From positions 1-64,000 of IMG/VR virus record IMGVR_UViG_3300027970_000001: a stretch of DNA of 64,000 nucleotides. One strand, written 5' to 3'. Origin of the DNA: a virus. The translations under genes were made by a program, and so were the position numbers. Shown piece by piece: positions 46,033 through 54,869 of the stretch. The first letter of the stretch is position 1; each line of letters begins with the position of its first letter. The notes below the pieces were generated by a model. The model was not told the origin of the DNA. It ran no database searches and worked only from the letters and a program-made list of their open reading frames with translations.

Positions 46033-46451
46033 CAGTTCATCTCCGCCTGTTCTTTCGCTTCGGCGAAGGCGACGTCATGAAGACCGGTCACCACGCACGA
46101 CACGACGGTTTTCATCATGTCCTCGTCTTCCAAGGAATGGAAGATGCGGCCGGTGTTGAAGTCGAACCAGATGATGTGATCGTAGACGATGGTCGAGCCA
46201 TCCGCGCGCTCCACCTCTTCGCTGACCTTTGGCTGCGGGGTGGCCTTCATCTCGTAGACGCCCCAGACGAGCAGAGTGGCAAGCAGGTTTGGCGGCACGC
46301 CCTGGCCGCCCCCGAAGACCATGGTGTAGCTCATGTCGTCGTCCTCGGTGATGAAGCAGTAGATTTTGAGCCCATGCTCCAGCATGCTCCCCCGAATCTT
46401 GCGAATGGCCTCTCGCCGCTCCTGCTCCGCATCCTTGAGTACGCCGCTCAT
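46032..46451 (-). CDS. Hypothetical protein
   Basis: TATTAT 7 nt before ATG; 139 aa. Confidence 0.65.
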   Translation of the reverse strand: MSGVLKDAEQERREAIRKIRGSMLEHGLKIYCFITEDDDMSYTMVFGGGQGVPPNLLATLLVWGVYEMKATPQPKVSEEVERADGSTIVYDHIIWFDFNTGRIFHSLEDEDMMKTVVSCVVTGLHDVAFAEAKEQAEMN

Positions 46452-46514
46452 GGTGCCGATAATATGTCGCCGACCCCTTTCCGCAACCCCTTCTGACTGC
46501 TAGTATGCCAGACC

Positions 46515-47276
46515 ATGATGCCGTACGTTTCGACCATCACTCCCCTGGACCTACGTGGCATGGGGCTCGGCACCGAGGCGGCGCGCCCCACCGACGAGGA
46601 AATCGCCCGAGGTCGCCTGGACGCTCAGATTTCCCGCGAGTCCGGCGTGCCGGTGCCGTCGCTGCGAGCGATCCGATCCGTAGAGAGCGGCGGCAACCCG
46701 GCGGCGGTGCGATTCGAGACGCGGGTCTTCAGGAACCGAACCGGCCAGACCGTTGAAGGACACGACCGCGCGGCGTTCCAACGCGCGTATGCGATCAATC
46801 CCCTGGAAGCCGTCAACTCGACGTCTTGGGGATGGTTCCAGGTGATGGGGTTCCACGGCTTCCCCGAGATGTTCGGCGGCCCTGGGCAGGCCGTCCGCGC
46901 GTTCGACGCAAACCCCGAAGAGGTCGGGATGCGCCTGTTTAAGCGGTGGATGGACAGTCCACGCCACGCCGCAGCCAAGCTCGCCGCGCGTACGCTCAAC
47001 TTCGCTCAGTTCGCCAGGTTCTACAACGGATGCGGCGACTCGTGCGAACGATACGCGAGCCGCATGCAGCAGAACTACGACCGCGCGTTGCCTGAGTGGC
47101 GACGGGTGGAACCGTACGTCGGCGGCGGTGGCACGCCACAGGTGTGGCCGAAGTGGTCCTATTGGGCCATCGCTGGCGGCAGCGTCGCTGGGGCCTTGGG
47201 ACTCGTCGGCGGCGCGGCTTACCTGCTGCGCCCGAAGAAGAAGCGCCCCGTCTCGGCTAACAGGAGGCTGCGGTGA
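46515..47276 (+). CDS. N-acetylmuramidase (DUF3380 type) with C-terminal membrane anchor
   Basis: AIRSVESGG, RFE, STSWGWFQVMG, FARFYNG; TM then KKKRPVSANRRLR. Confidence 0.85.
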   Translation: MMPYVSTITPLDLRGMGLGTEAARPTDEEIARGRLDAQISRESGVPVPSLRAIRSVESGGNPAAVRFETRVFRNRTGQTVEGHDRAAFQRAYAINPLEAVNSTSWGWFQVMGFHGFPEMFGGPGQAVRAFDANPEEVGMRLFKRWMDSPRHAAAKLAARTLNFAQFARFYNGCGDSCERYASRMQQNYDRALPEWRRVEPYVGGGGTPQVWPKWSYWAIAGGSVAGALGLVGGAAYLLRPKKKRPVSANRRLR

Positions 47277-47626
47277 TTCCGAAGGACAAGCAGATCTACG
47301 TCCTTGTCTTCGCTCTCGTGATGGTGGCGTTCATCGCCTTCGTCGCCGGCAAGGGCTGCGCGCCGACGCCGGTCGACACCCTGCCGACGCAGGGGATAGA
47401 CGCTGGCCCCGGAGAGAGTCAGATAGCCCAAAACCTCGACGCGTCGATTCAGCAAGGCAACGAGCAGCTTGTCGCCATTGAGCACAAGTTTGACGACGAC
47501 ATGGCGGCTTTCAGCGACGCGCAGCGAGCCGAGTACGAACGGCTCCGGCAGGGCAATGTCGCCGCCACGGCCCGGTACCTCTTGGACTGGAACCGCCGCC
47601 GCCAGCAGATCGCAGACGATCTATGA
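47273..47626 (+). CDS. Membrane-anchored coiled-coil protein, spanin-like candidate
   Basis: N-terminal TM ending AGKGC; helical C-terminus. Confidence 0.55.
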   Translation: MIPKDKQIYVLVFALVMVAFIAFVAGKGCAPTPVDTLPTQGIDAGPGESQIAQNLDASIQQGNEQLVAIEHKFDDDMAAFSDAQRAEYERLRQGNVAATARYLLDWNRRRQQIADDL

Positions 47627-48105
47627 TCAAGCTGAAGCTCACCTTCTGGTCGACGTGGCTCTGGGCCTCCGCCGCGTTCGCTCAGGTTGCGCCCTCAGAT
47701 CGGCTCCCAGCACCTGAAGAGCCCATGGTGCTCCAGATGCCCGCCTTCTCTGCCATCCGAAGAGGACAGGCCAGTCCTGTCGATGCTTTGCTCGTCGATC
47801 CCGAAGTGATGGTTCGCATCACCATGGACTACGACAGACTCGCGTTCAGACTCGTCCGAGAACGCTCGGCGGCTGAGGACAGATGTACCGTTCGGCTCGA
47901 TATCGAGAGGGCTCACACTCGGGCCGCAGAGGAACGTGTTGCGCTTCATGACAATCTCTGGGAGGGGCGGCAGCGTGAGCTGAATCAGCGTGTCGAGCAA
48001 GAGCGAAGCGCCGCCGTCCGACAGTGGTACGAGAACCCCGGCTTGTGGGCCGGATTCGGAGCAATCGCAGCGAGCGCGGTCGCTATCCTCGTTTCGCAGC
48101 TCTGA
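47623..48105 (+). CDS. Signal-peptide coiled-coil protein with C-terminal TM, spanin-like candidate
   Basis: ASAAFA signal; coiled coil; GLWAGFGAIAASAVAILV. Confidence 0.55.
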   Translation: MIKLKLTFWSTWLWASAAFAQVAPSDRLPAPEEPMVLQMPAFSAIRRGQASPVDALLVDPEVMVRITMDYDRLAFRLVRERSAAEDRCTVRLDIERAHTRAAEERVALHDNLWEGRQRELNQRVEQERSAAVRQWYENPGLWAGFGAIAASAVAILVSQL

Positions 48106-48119
48106 CAAGAGGCCAGCCA

Positions 48120-49316
48120 GTGCTTACGCCCAACGCCCTACGCAAGCGCATCGAATACGTCGCCAAGCAGTTCCCCTCGGTGCTGTACGAGACGGCTTAC
48201 GTCACAGCTCACACCGTCGGTGCAGACCGCGATGCCATTGAGAAGGACCGCAACAGCGGCGTCGACTTCACCGCTCGGTTTAGCGAAACCGCACATCAGA
48301 ACGAAGCGCTGGTACCTTGGGTCGCTAAAGAACTCAACGCAGCCATGCGCGAGGTGAGGAAGGGGAGGCTCGGCGAGCGAGAGTTCGTTGACTTGGTCAA
48401 CCTGCTTGAAGCCAAGCTGCCGAACATCGCCGCGTGGGCCGAAGCGACCAAGCCGGACCTCACCAAGCTCACCGCAGCCGAGGCGATCACCTCCGCTGCC
48501 AAGTTCGAGCCCGACGACGCCGCGCCCGTGCCGCAGGGGAAGGTCATCTACAGGTTCGCAGACGGCTGGACCGTTCAGGAGCTGACCACCAAAGGGCAGA
48601 TCTTCGCCGAGGGCATAGGCGTTCAGAACTGCTTGAGGGAAACCCAGTACGGCCCTGAATACTTGGAAAGGTCTGAGAACGGAGAGATTCGCATCTTCAG
48701 CCTGCGCACTCCCGCCGGTTCCCCGCGCGTCTCAATGGAGTTCGTTATCGATCCATGCAGAGATGGCGGCGGGCGCTTCCATCAGATCTTTGCAAAGCAG
48801 AACACCAGCCTCAACGCTACTTTGGAGCAGGTGCTAAAGGCAGGATACGACGAAGCCCTCTGGCGCAGTATCCAGCGGTACAAGCCCCGCATCGCGGAGT
48901 TCATCACAGAGAAGTTCGCGTCAGACCCGGATGGGTTGATCATGGCAGGGGCCCCGTTGCCCGCTGGCCTGACAAGCGTGGGAGGGGGCCTCTTTCTGCG
49001 CGGCTACAACCACCCCCTGCCTGCTGGCCTGACAAGCGTGGGAGGGAGCCTCGACCTGACGGACTACAACCACCCCCTGCCTGCTGGCCTGACAAGCGTG
49101 GGAGGGAGCCTCGACCTGCGCGGCTACAACGACCTGCGCGGCTACAACCACCCCCTGCCTGCTGGCCTGACAAGCGTGGGAGGGGGCCTCTTTCTGCGCG
49201 GCTACAGCTACCCTCTGCCTGCTGGCCTGACAAGCGTGGGAGGGAGCCTCGACCTGCGCGACTACAGCTACCCCCTGCCTGCTGGCCTTAAGGCCTCTGG
49301 CCGCGTCGTATCATAG
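48120..49316 (+). CDS. PcfJ-like domain protein with C-terminal 20-aa LRR-like repeats
   Basis: GWTVQEL..AEG..VQNC..IFSLR..PRVSME..QIFAKQN; repeats LPAGLTSVGGxLxLxxYxxP. Confidence 0.75.
   Translation: MLTPNALRKRIEYVAKQFPSVLYETAYVTAHTVGADRDAIEKDRNSGVDFTARFSETAHQNEALVPWVAKELNAAMREVRKGRLGEREFVDLVNLLEAKLPNIAAWAEATKPDLTKLTAAEAITSAAKFEPDDAAPVPQGKVIYRFADGWTVQELTTKGQIFAEGIGVQNCLRETQYGPEYLERSENGEIRIFSLRTPAGSPRVSMEFVIDPCRDGGGRFHQIFAKQNTSLNATLEQVLKAGYDEALWRSIQRYKPRIAEFITEKFASDPDGLIMAGAPLPAGLTSVGGGLFLRGYNHPLPAGLTSVGGSLDLTDYNHPLPAGLTSVGGSLDLRGYNDLRGYNHPLPAGLTSVGGGLFLRGYSYPLPAGLTSVGGSLDLRDYSYPLPAGLKASGRVVS
48957..49289 (+). repeat. About 5.3 tandem 60-bp coding repeats with an 18-bp internal duplication
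   Basis: Unit CTGCCTGCTGGCCTGACAAGCGTGGGAGGG...; GACCTGCGCGGCTACAAC doubled at 49113-49148. Confidence 0.92.
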
Positions 49317-49361
49317 GCGAACCTCGGCGCATGAAGACCAGCCGCAGGTAGCGACAGCAGA

Positions 49362-50417
49362 TCAGTCCCGCTCTGCCTCATCCGTCGCGATGAGGCTCGC
49401 CAGGTTCCGCACGTCGGCCAGCTTGCCCTCAAGAGAAGGCGCGGGGCCCATCAGCTTGCCGAGGTAGATGGCCGTTGTGTTCGGGTTGGCGTGGCCGAGG
49501 AACGCCTGGATGTCCTGAAGGCGGGCACCGGCCTTGTTCAGGTCGCGCGCTGCCATGTGCCGAAGCCCGTGGACCTTCAACGGCTTCCACTCAACCCCTG
49601 CCGCTTTTGCGCGCCTCTTCAAGATGACCTGAGCCATCCTCGGTGAGAGCGGACAGTCGGGCGTCTCACCCATCATCCTTGCGTTTGGGTCGATGCGGGT
49701 GAACACCCCCTGCTCGGGCCTGAGCGTCGAAAGCCTGCCGCTCGCGACCCAGTACGCCTTGAGCGCCGAGTAGCAGATGTCAGGCAGCTCGAACGTCTGA
49801 AGCTTGTTTCCCTTGGTCTTCACCGTGTATGAGCGAGGCTTTGCACCCAGGGCCAGGTCTCTGACGCGCATGCCCGCTACCTCCATCTTTCGTCGCCCCG
49901 TAAAGGCGTAGAAGAGGAGAAGCGCGCGGTCCCGCATGCCCCTCGGGTCCATCGGGATCGAATCAAGAATCGTCTTAAAGGTCTGCCACTCAACCGGAAC
50001 TGACCTGGCGTACGGAGTCGGGCGCACGTCGCTCCGCGATACCGGCCTGAAGGGGTTGCTCTTCACAAGCCCCTCGCCCGTGGCGTCGGACGGCTGCATC
50101 AGAAAATCGAACAGCGCCGTCATCACATCGAGCCTGTGGGCGACCGTGGCGTCGCTCTTGCCGAACTCGATCAACCGGCTTTTGAAGGCCGCGGCGTGCA
50201 TGGTCGTGACCTGGTCCGGGGAGAGCCCGCGTGGCCACATGCCGAAAAACTGCCTCACGGCGTTTCGGTAGGTGCGCCTTGTGTTTTCACCCTTTGAAGA
50301 CAGCCACCCGGCAATCGCCATGGCGTACTTCATTCCCTTTTCATGGTCGCCCGCCCCCAGCCTGTAGGCGACCTCGGTCTGGGCTTCGTCACGATCAACG
50401 ATCAATGATGCAGTCAT
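49362..50417 (-). CDS. XerC/D-like tyrosine recombinase
   Basis: RDRALL..TGRR, HGLRH, LGHANPNTTAIY; catalytic residues appear intact. Confidence 0.92.
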   Translation of the reverse strand: MTASLIVDRDEAQTEVAYRLGAGDHEKGMKYAMAIAGWLSSKGENTRRTYRNAVRQFFGMWPRGLSPDQVTTMHAAAFKSRLIEFGKSDATVAHRLDVMTALFDFLMQPSDATGEGLVKSNPFRPVSRSDVRPTPYARSVPVEWQTFKTILDSIPMDPRGMRDRALLLFYAFTGRRKMEVAGMRVRDLALGAKPRSYTVKTKGNKLQTFELPDICYSALKAYWVASGRLSTLRPEQGVFTRIDPNARMMGETPDCPLSPRMAQVILKRRAKAAGVEWKPLKVHGLRHMAARDLNKAGARLQDIQAFLGHANPNTTAIYLGKLMGPAPSLEGKLADVRNLASLIATDEAERD

Positions 50418-50437
50418 CGTGTCCCGTCAGTAGATGG

Positions 50438-50465
50438 ATGTATGTAGCTCGGATGCTACATATTG
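50438..50465. promoter_or_regulatory. dif-like palindrome: candidate recombination site or operator
   Basis: TATGTAGC-TCGGAT-GCTACATA (50441-50462), 24 bp upstream of the recombinase ATG. Confidence 0.55.
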
Positions 50466-50484
50466 CTGCCGAAGGTAGGTGGTC

Positions 50485-50697
50485 ATGAAGATTGCAGAGC
50501 TACTGTCGTCGGCCAGGAAGGGCGTCCGGGTCAAGGTTCGAGTCCCCTCCTCCAAGAAGGGCGAGCTAGGAGAACTCGCGAAGGGCACTTTTCAGAGGCT
50601 GACGAGGAGCCAAGACAGCAAGCGGATCGTCCGCGTCATCGTGACCGTTGGAGGTCAGGAGTATGAGTTCAGGCCGCAGGATATCTCCCTAGCCTGA
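50485..50697 (+). CDS. Small basic beta-rich protein
   Basis: 70 aa, divergent from the recombinase. Confidence 0.6.
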   Translation: MKIAELLSSARKGVRVKVRVPSSKKGELGELAKGTFQRLTRSQDSKRIVRVIVTVGGQEYEFRPQDISLA

Positions 50698-50725
50698 CAC
50701 GCCCGGCTTCGTCATACTCGCTGAC

Positions 50726-51103
50726 ATGACGCCGCTCGATGCGCTACGACGCTTGGGTGCCCCTGTGTGCGAGGGCTGCAACACCATCACCAAGTCGCCG
50801 CTTGGGGATGTCTACGACCAGGCGTTTGGGTGGAGGCATCGTCGATGCGCCGCATGCCGCACGTCCGTGATGGCCGGCAACGAGCGGCTGGCGTCCGCGC
50901 AGCAGCGTGCTCACGAGGAGAAGCTGAGGGCAATCCGAGATGAGATCCGCCAGAGCGAGCACCGATGGATGATCGAAGACAGCAACAGGGCCAACAGCTA
51001 CTCATACCTCAAGGCCGTCGCCGAGCACCAAGAAGACATCGACGCCGCCATGGGCGAGTGGGGTATGGGGCACGGCATGGCGGGCGCTCGCCGTGGATGG
51101 TAG
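50726..51103 (+). CDS. Zinc-finger hypothetical protein
   Basis: CEGC...CAAC. Confidence 0.6.
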   Translation: MTPLDALRRLGAPVCEGCNTITKSPLGDVYDQAFGWRHRRCAACRTSVMAGNERLASAQQRAHEEKLRAIRDEIRQSEHRWMIEDSNRANSYSYLKAVAEHQEDIDAAMGEWGMGHGMAGARRGW

Positions 51104-51112
51104 GGTGTCGCG

Positions 51113-51577
51113 ATGGACCCCTCCGACGAGAAGGACTTGTACTTCTACTTTGGCCAGTTTTGGCCCGTCGCCGCCGTCGGCGTGATCATCTATCTTGGCG
51201 GCGAGGCCGCCAAGAAGGTGGTTCACATCTGGGTGCCGCAGGGCACCGAGACCAGCAAACAGCCCTTCTGGTACAAGCTATGGTACGCCACGATTGACTG
51301 GCATCCGATTCTCGTCGGCGGCCTGCTCGGCGCCATCCCATGGCCCGTGCCCACCTTCGTGATGCACTGGTGGGTTCGGGTGCTGTGGTTTGCGTTCGTG
51401 GGGGCGTGCTCGGGGCAGATCTACCGCTCGATCAAGAAGAGCTTCGACATGCTCCCCGAGCTTGCGCGCAAGAAGGCGGGGCTCCCAGAGCAAGCCCCGT
51501 CTGTGCGGCCGGAGAGCGACGAAGCGACTGCTGTCAGCGACGCGAACGGCGGCGATTCTTCCGCACCCCGAGCTTGA
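51113..51577 (+). CDS. Three-TM membrane protein, holin-like
   Basis: Hydrophobic segments ending VGACSGQIYRSIKK; charged tail. Confidence 0.55.
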   Translation: MDPSDEKDLYFYFGQFWPVAAVGVIIYLGGEAAKKVVHIWVPQGTETSKQPFWYKLWYATIDWHPILVGGLLGAIPWPVPTFVMHWWVRVLWFAFVGACSGQIYRSIKKSFDMLPELARKKAGLPEQAPSVRPESDEATAVSDANGGDSSAPRA

Positions 51578-51800
51578 GCACCTCCGGTGCCTTCTTGTTC
51601 CACCACCAGAACTGAACACCAAGTAGGCCCACGAGCCCGAAGGTCGCGTACTTCCAGTTCGCGCTGACGGACTCTGACGCCGCATCCCCGAATCCTGCGA
51701 TCGGAATCGACGGCACCGACGCCCCCTGGCCGCAGCCGCAGCCCGACCCGCTCAGCGGGAACCTGTTCGACCTCATCCCTCGCAACGCAATGTACGCCAT
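51534..51800 (-). CDS. Small tail-anchored membrane protein
   Basis: IAGFG motif, TM, ends VRKNRRRSRR; TAGAAT 9 nt before ATG. Confidence 0.7.
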   Translation of the reverse strand: MAYIALRGMRSNRFPLSGSGCGCGQGASVPSIPIAGFGDAASESVSANWKYATFGLVGLLGVQFWWWNKKAPEVLKLGVRKNRRRSRR

Positions 51801-51905
51801 GGTGCAGGCATTCTACGCGTCCGTAGGGGTTGCGCCAAGCCGATTTCGTTCGTAGGGTGCGTCGCATGAACGCGGTGGCTTTCACCGCAACCTGTAGGGG
51901 GTTTC

Positions 51906-52565
51906 ATGGCGATTGCAGATTTGTCGATGGATGTCTCAGACCAGACCCGCGCTCCGGCGTCGTCAGGCGACGAGGGTGGCCCCGCCGCCGTGTCGGGCTT
52001 CGCGGAGTCGTTGCCCCCCGAGGAGCCAGTCGCGCAGGCGCGTGCCGCGGCCTCGTGGGGAGAGGAGCTTCGGGCGCTGAGGCCCGTTCAAGCTTTGGGC
52101 AGGGGAGAGTCGTGGCAGGAGACGTTCCCGGAGTTCGTGCTCAAGGTCGTGGCGGCGGCCAGGCGGCACGGGGTCACAGCGGTCAGCAAGGAGACCGGGT
52201 TCTCGCTGTCCACCGTTCACCGATGGGCCGTGACCTCTGGCCTTCCGATTGGCGGACAAAAGCGCCGGGCGAAGGTCAATCGCAGCAGAAAGACCAGCGA
52301 TAACAAGGTCGTGGACATCAGGCGCAAGCCCGTCAAGGCTCGTGTCGTCAAGGTTCGCCCTGTGGCGGTCGCCGAAGCTCCGCACAAGGAAAAGGACGTC
52401 ACTTTGATGGCGTCCATGATTGATTTCATCGGCAGCTCTGCTGACGACAGGGAGATCTCCGCCATGGTGATCATCTCAGGCGTTCTCAAGAGCCTCACGC
52501 CGGATCAGCGCCGATCGGTCGCAACCTGGTTTGGGATGAAGCTGTCCCGCCTGCTTTCCGAGTGA
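51906..52565 (+). CDS. HTH DNA-binding protein
   Basis: GVTAVSKETGFSLSTVHRW HTH followed by a basic linker. Confidence 0.7.
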   Translation: MAIADLSMDVSDQTRAPASSGDEGGPAAVSGFAESLPPEEPVAQARAAASWGEELRALRPVQALGRGESWQETFPEFVLKVVAAARRHGVTAVSKETGFSLSTVHRWAVTSGLPIGGQKRRAKVNRSRKTSDNKVVDIRRKPVKARVVKVRPVAVAEAPHKEKDVTLMASMIDFIGSSADDREISAMVIISGVLKSLTPDQRRSVATWFGMKLSRLLSE

Positions 52566-52614
52566 GGTCAGACGGCGTGCGTCCCGCGCGTGCAGGAAGT
52601 AGCCTGCACGCGCG

Positions 52615-53184
52615 ATGAACGAAGACACCGAGGCGGTTGCCGAGCACGAGGAAAATCCCGGTGATGACTCGGGCGATGCCCCCATTCCCGTGACCCGCCT
52701 GGAGCCCAGGACGTTCGACCTGTCACGCTTCGAGACGCCCACGGAACGGACGCGCACCATGAGCACCTTCGACGACCGCCCGCAGCACGCCATGGCCCCG
52801 GAAACGCCGGCTCAGTACACGCCGCAGCCCGGAGAGCGCGCTTTCAGGGTCATGCTCGCGTCGGAAGGGGAACCCGGGCAGGTCGTTCTGCGGCACTCAA
52901 GCTGGCTTCCTGCACGCGTGTTTGGACGAGCGGTGGCGGTTCGATACGCCATGTTCGAGGCCAAGCGGTCGCTTGCCGGTCCGCTCCAGGTGCTCATGGA
53001 CGCGTCCGGTCGCGTCATCGGCGTCTACCTTCCGGGCAGCGGCAAGCTCGCTCCTCCTCCTGTTGTGAAGGCCGTGAAGCAGGCTGCCGCTGGTCCCGTC
53101 AAGCGCACCAAGCGGACAAGCCGGTCCGTCACGTCCGAGCGTCCGGCCAAGCGCACGAGCAAGGTGCCCGCCCGTCGTCGATGA
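52615..53184 (+). CDS. Protein with acidic N-terminus and basic KRTS-repeat tail
   Basis: Ends KRTKRTSRSVTSERPAKRTSKVPARRR. Confidence 0.65.
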   Translation: MNEDTEAVAEHEENPGDDSGDAPIPVTRLEPRTFDLSRFETPTERTRTMSTFDDRPQHAMAPETPAQYTPQPGERAFRVMLASEGEPGQVVLRHSSWLPARVFGRAVAVRYAMFEAKRSLAGPLQVLMDASGRVIGVYLPGSGKLAPPPVVKAVKQAAAGPVKRTKRTSRSVTSERPAKRTSKVPARRR

Positions 53185-53228
53185 TCGACTGGCGGAACTA
53201 TCACAACGCGTGGTAGGCTCCGCCAGCT

Positions 53229-53894
53229 ATGCCGATGAAGCACGCGCCTGCATACACGCCTCAGCTATATCTCCCCGGCAGCATGGGGAGGTATCGTACG
53301 TACCCCCGCATGGTGACGACGCCGATTCCGGGGGCTGGGTTCAGCAACGTCGGAAAGCTGGTTTGGGGAGAGCAGGTGCTCGACCTTTCCGGTCGCCATG
53401 GCTTTTACCCTGGCAACTACGAGCGGGTCCCGCTGCGTGGACTGGGCACCGTCGCGTCGCCGTTTGGCGCATCGGTGAGGGTAGTTCCCCCGATCACGGC
53501 CACTCGTGTCGAATGCCGTCGCGTTCCGGCTCCAGAAGGGTGCTACTCGTGCCCGGACGGCTTTGAGCTTAGGCAGTTGACCCCCGGGATGCCCCCGGCG
53601 TGCGTGCGTCCTGGCCAGATGATCGGAGAGGGAGGGTATGCCCCTCCGCCGTCAGATCCTGCCGCAGCGCAGCCGAAGTTCTTCGATGTCGGCAAGGCCA
53701 TCTTCGCCAGCACCCCGGTGCAGAACATCGCTGCGATGGGCCCGATGGGGCAGGAGGCTCTCGTCTCCTACGCCAAGATCACGGCTTTCGGCACCTTTAT
53801 CATCGCCCCGCTGATGGGCGTGGCCGGCTACCTCATCGGCAAGAACAGCAAGAAGATGCAGGCGAATCGCCGCCGCCGCCGGAGCCGTCGATGA
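53229..53894 (+). CDS. Tail-anchored membrane protein with small Cys domain
   Basis: LRGLG; C..C.SCP..C; TM; ends MQANRRRRRSRR. Confidence 0.72.
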   Translation: MPMKHAPAYTPQLYLPGSMGRYRTYPRMVTTPIPGAGFSNVGKLVWGEQVLDLSGRHGFYPGNYERVPLRGLGTVASPFGASVRVVPPITATRVECRRVPAPEGCYSCPDGFELRQLTPGMPPACVRPGQMIGEGGYAPPPSDPAAAQPKFFDVGKAIFASTPVQNIAAMGPMGQEALVSYAKITAFGTFIIAPLMGVAGYLIGKNSKKMQANRRRRRSRR

Positions 53895-54259
53895 GCTACA
53901 GCCCCGTCCCTTATCGCCACGCCTCGCTCGGCGCTGGCCCGTCGGCACAGGATACGGGTCAGACCGTCCTGAACGTGGCCAACGTGGTCGCTGGCCTTGT
54001 GCGAGACCCCGAGGGCACCCTCCGTGTCCAGGGCCCGGGGATCGTCAGCGCGGTCGACCGTCATCTTGTCGGTCCCGTCGTCGACTCGGTTGCCCGAGCG
54101 TCTGCTCCCTACGTTCTCCGCTATGTGCTGCCTGCCCTCGGCGTCCTGTATCTCCTATCAGGTGCCGCGGCGTACTTCTCTTTCGAGGTCCTCCGTCAGC
54201 AGGGGGAGCGAAAGATGAGTCCGAACCGGCGCCGCAGGCGGAGGCGCAGGGTGCGATGA
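53891..54259 (+). CDS. Tail-anchored membrane protein
   Basis: ATGA overlap; TM; ends MSPNRRRRRRRRVR. Confidence 0.72.
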   Translation: MSYSPVPYRHASLGAGPSAQDTGQTVLNVANVVAGLVRDPEGTLRVQGPGIVSAVDRHLVGPVVDSVARASAPYVLRYVLPALGVLYLLSGAAAYFSFEVLRQQGERKMSPNRRRRRRRRVR

Positions 54260-54867
54260 GGAAGATCTACAAGACCGACATTTTCGGTGGCCGCATGGAT
54301 TCTCGGCAGTTCAACGCCGGGCGTTCCATGGAAAAGCGTATGTACCAGGAGGGCAAGGTCCTGGGCAACTCGATGGACGCCGAGAAGCAGGCGCCGAGGA
54401 CCTGGATCTTGTGGGCTGATGGCCCGGACCTTCCCGGCGGCCGAGGCAAGCCGATCATCGAGTGCGAGCTGTACGCGGTGCCTCGCGCGAGCGACAGCAA
54501 CGAGACGGTCGGCATGCTGATCGCCCAGTGCCCCGTCTGCTACATGCACCACAAGCAGGACAACTACATCACCGTGCGCGAGGACAACAAGGGCATGTCC
54601 ATCGGCACCGTCGAGTACGGGCGCTTGCCCAAGGGCCACCACCTTCGAGACAACTACGCGCTCGACTGTGAAGCAAAGGGCCGTCAGCCCCGGTCCACCG
54701 ATAAGATCCCGATGATTTCGTCGCCCGAGCGATGGCAGTGCGACTACTGCATGTCATGGTGCGTCCGCGTGACCGACAGCGTCGCGCACACCGACATGCG
54801 AGGCGCAACCCAGATCATCACGGGCGGCAACCGCATCGTTACCCCTGGCTCCTCCGTGGACATGTGA
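54256..54867 (+). CDS. Zinc-ribbon hypothetical protein
   Basis: CPVC and CDYC..WC. Confidence 0.65.
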   Translation: MRKIYKTDIFGGRMDSRQFNAGRSMEKRMYQEGKVLGNSMDAEKQAPRTWILWADGPDLPGGRGKPIIECELYAVPRASDSNETVGMLIAQCPVCYMHHKQDNYITVREDNKGMSIGTVEYGRLPKGHHLRDNYALDCEAKGRQPRSTDKIPMISSPERWQCDYCMSWCVRVTDSVAHTDMRGATQIITGGNRIVTPGSSVDM

Positions 54868-54869
54868 AC

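Noticed and set aside
48957-49289. Variable repeats as a diversity-generating retroelement
   Set aside because: Differences are not restricted to adenines, units are tandem, and no reverse transcriptase is in the window
51872-51888. GCGGTG-N5-CACCGC palindrome as operator
   Set aside because: Only 6-bp arms in high-GC DNA and no second copy seen
51906-52565. IS transposase
   Set aside because: Only an HTH; no DDE domain or terminal repeats
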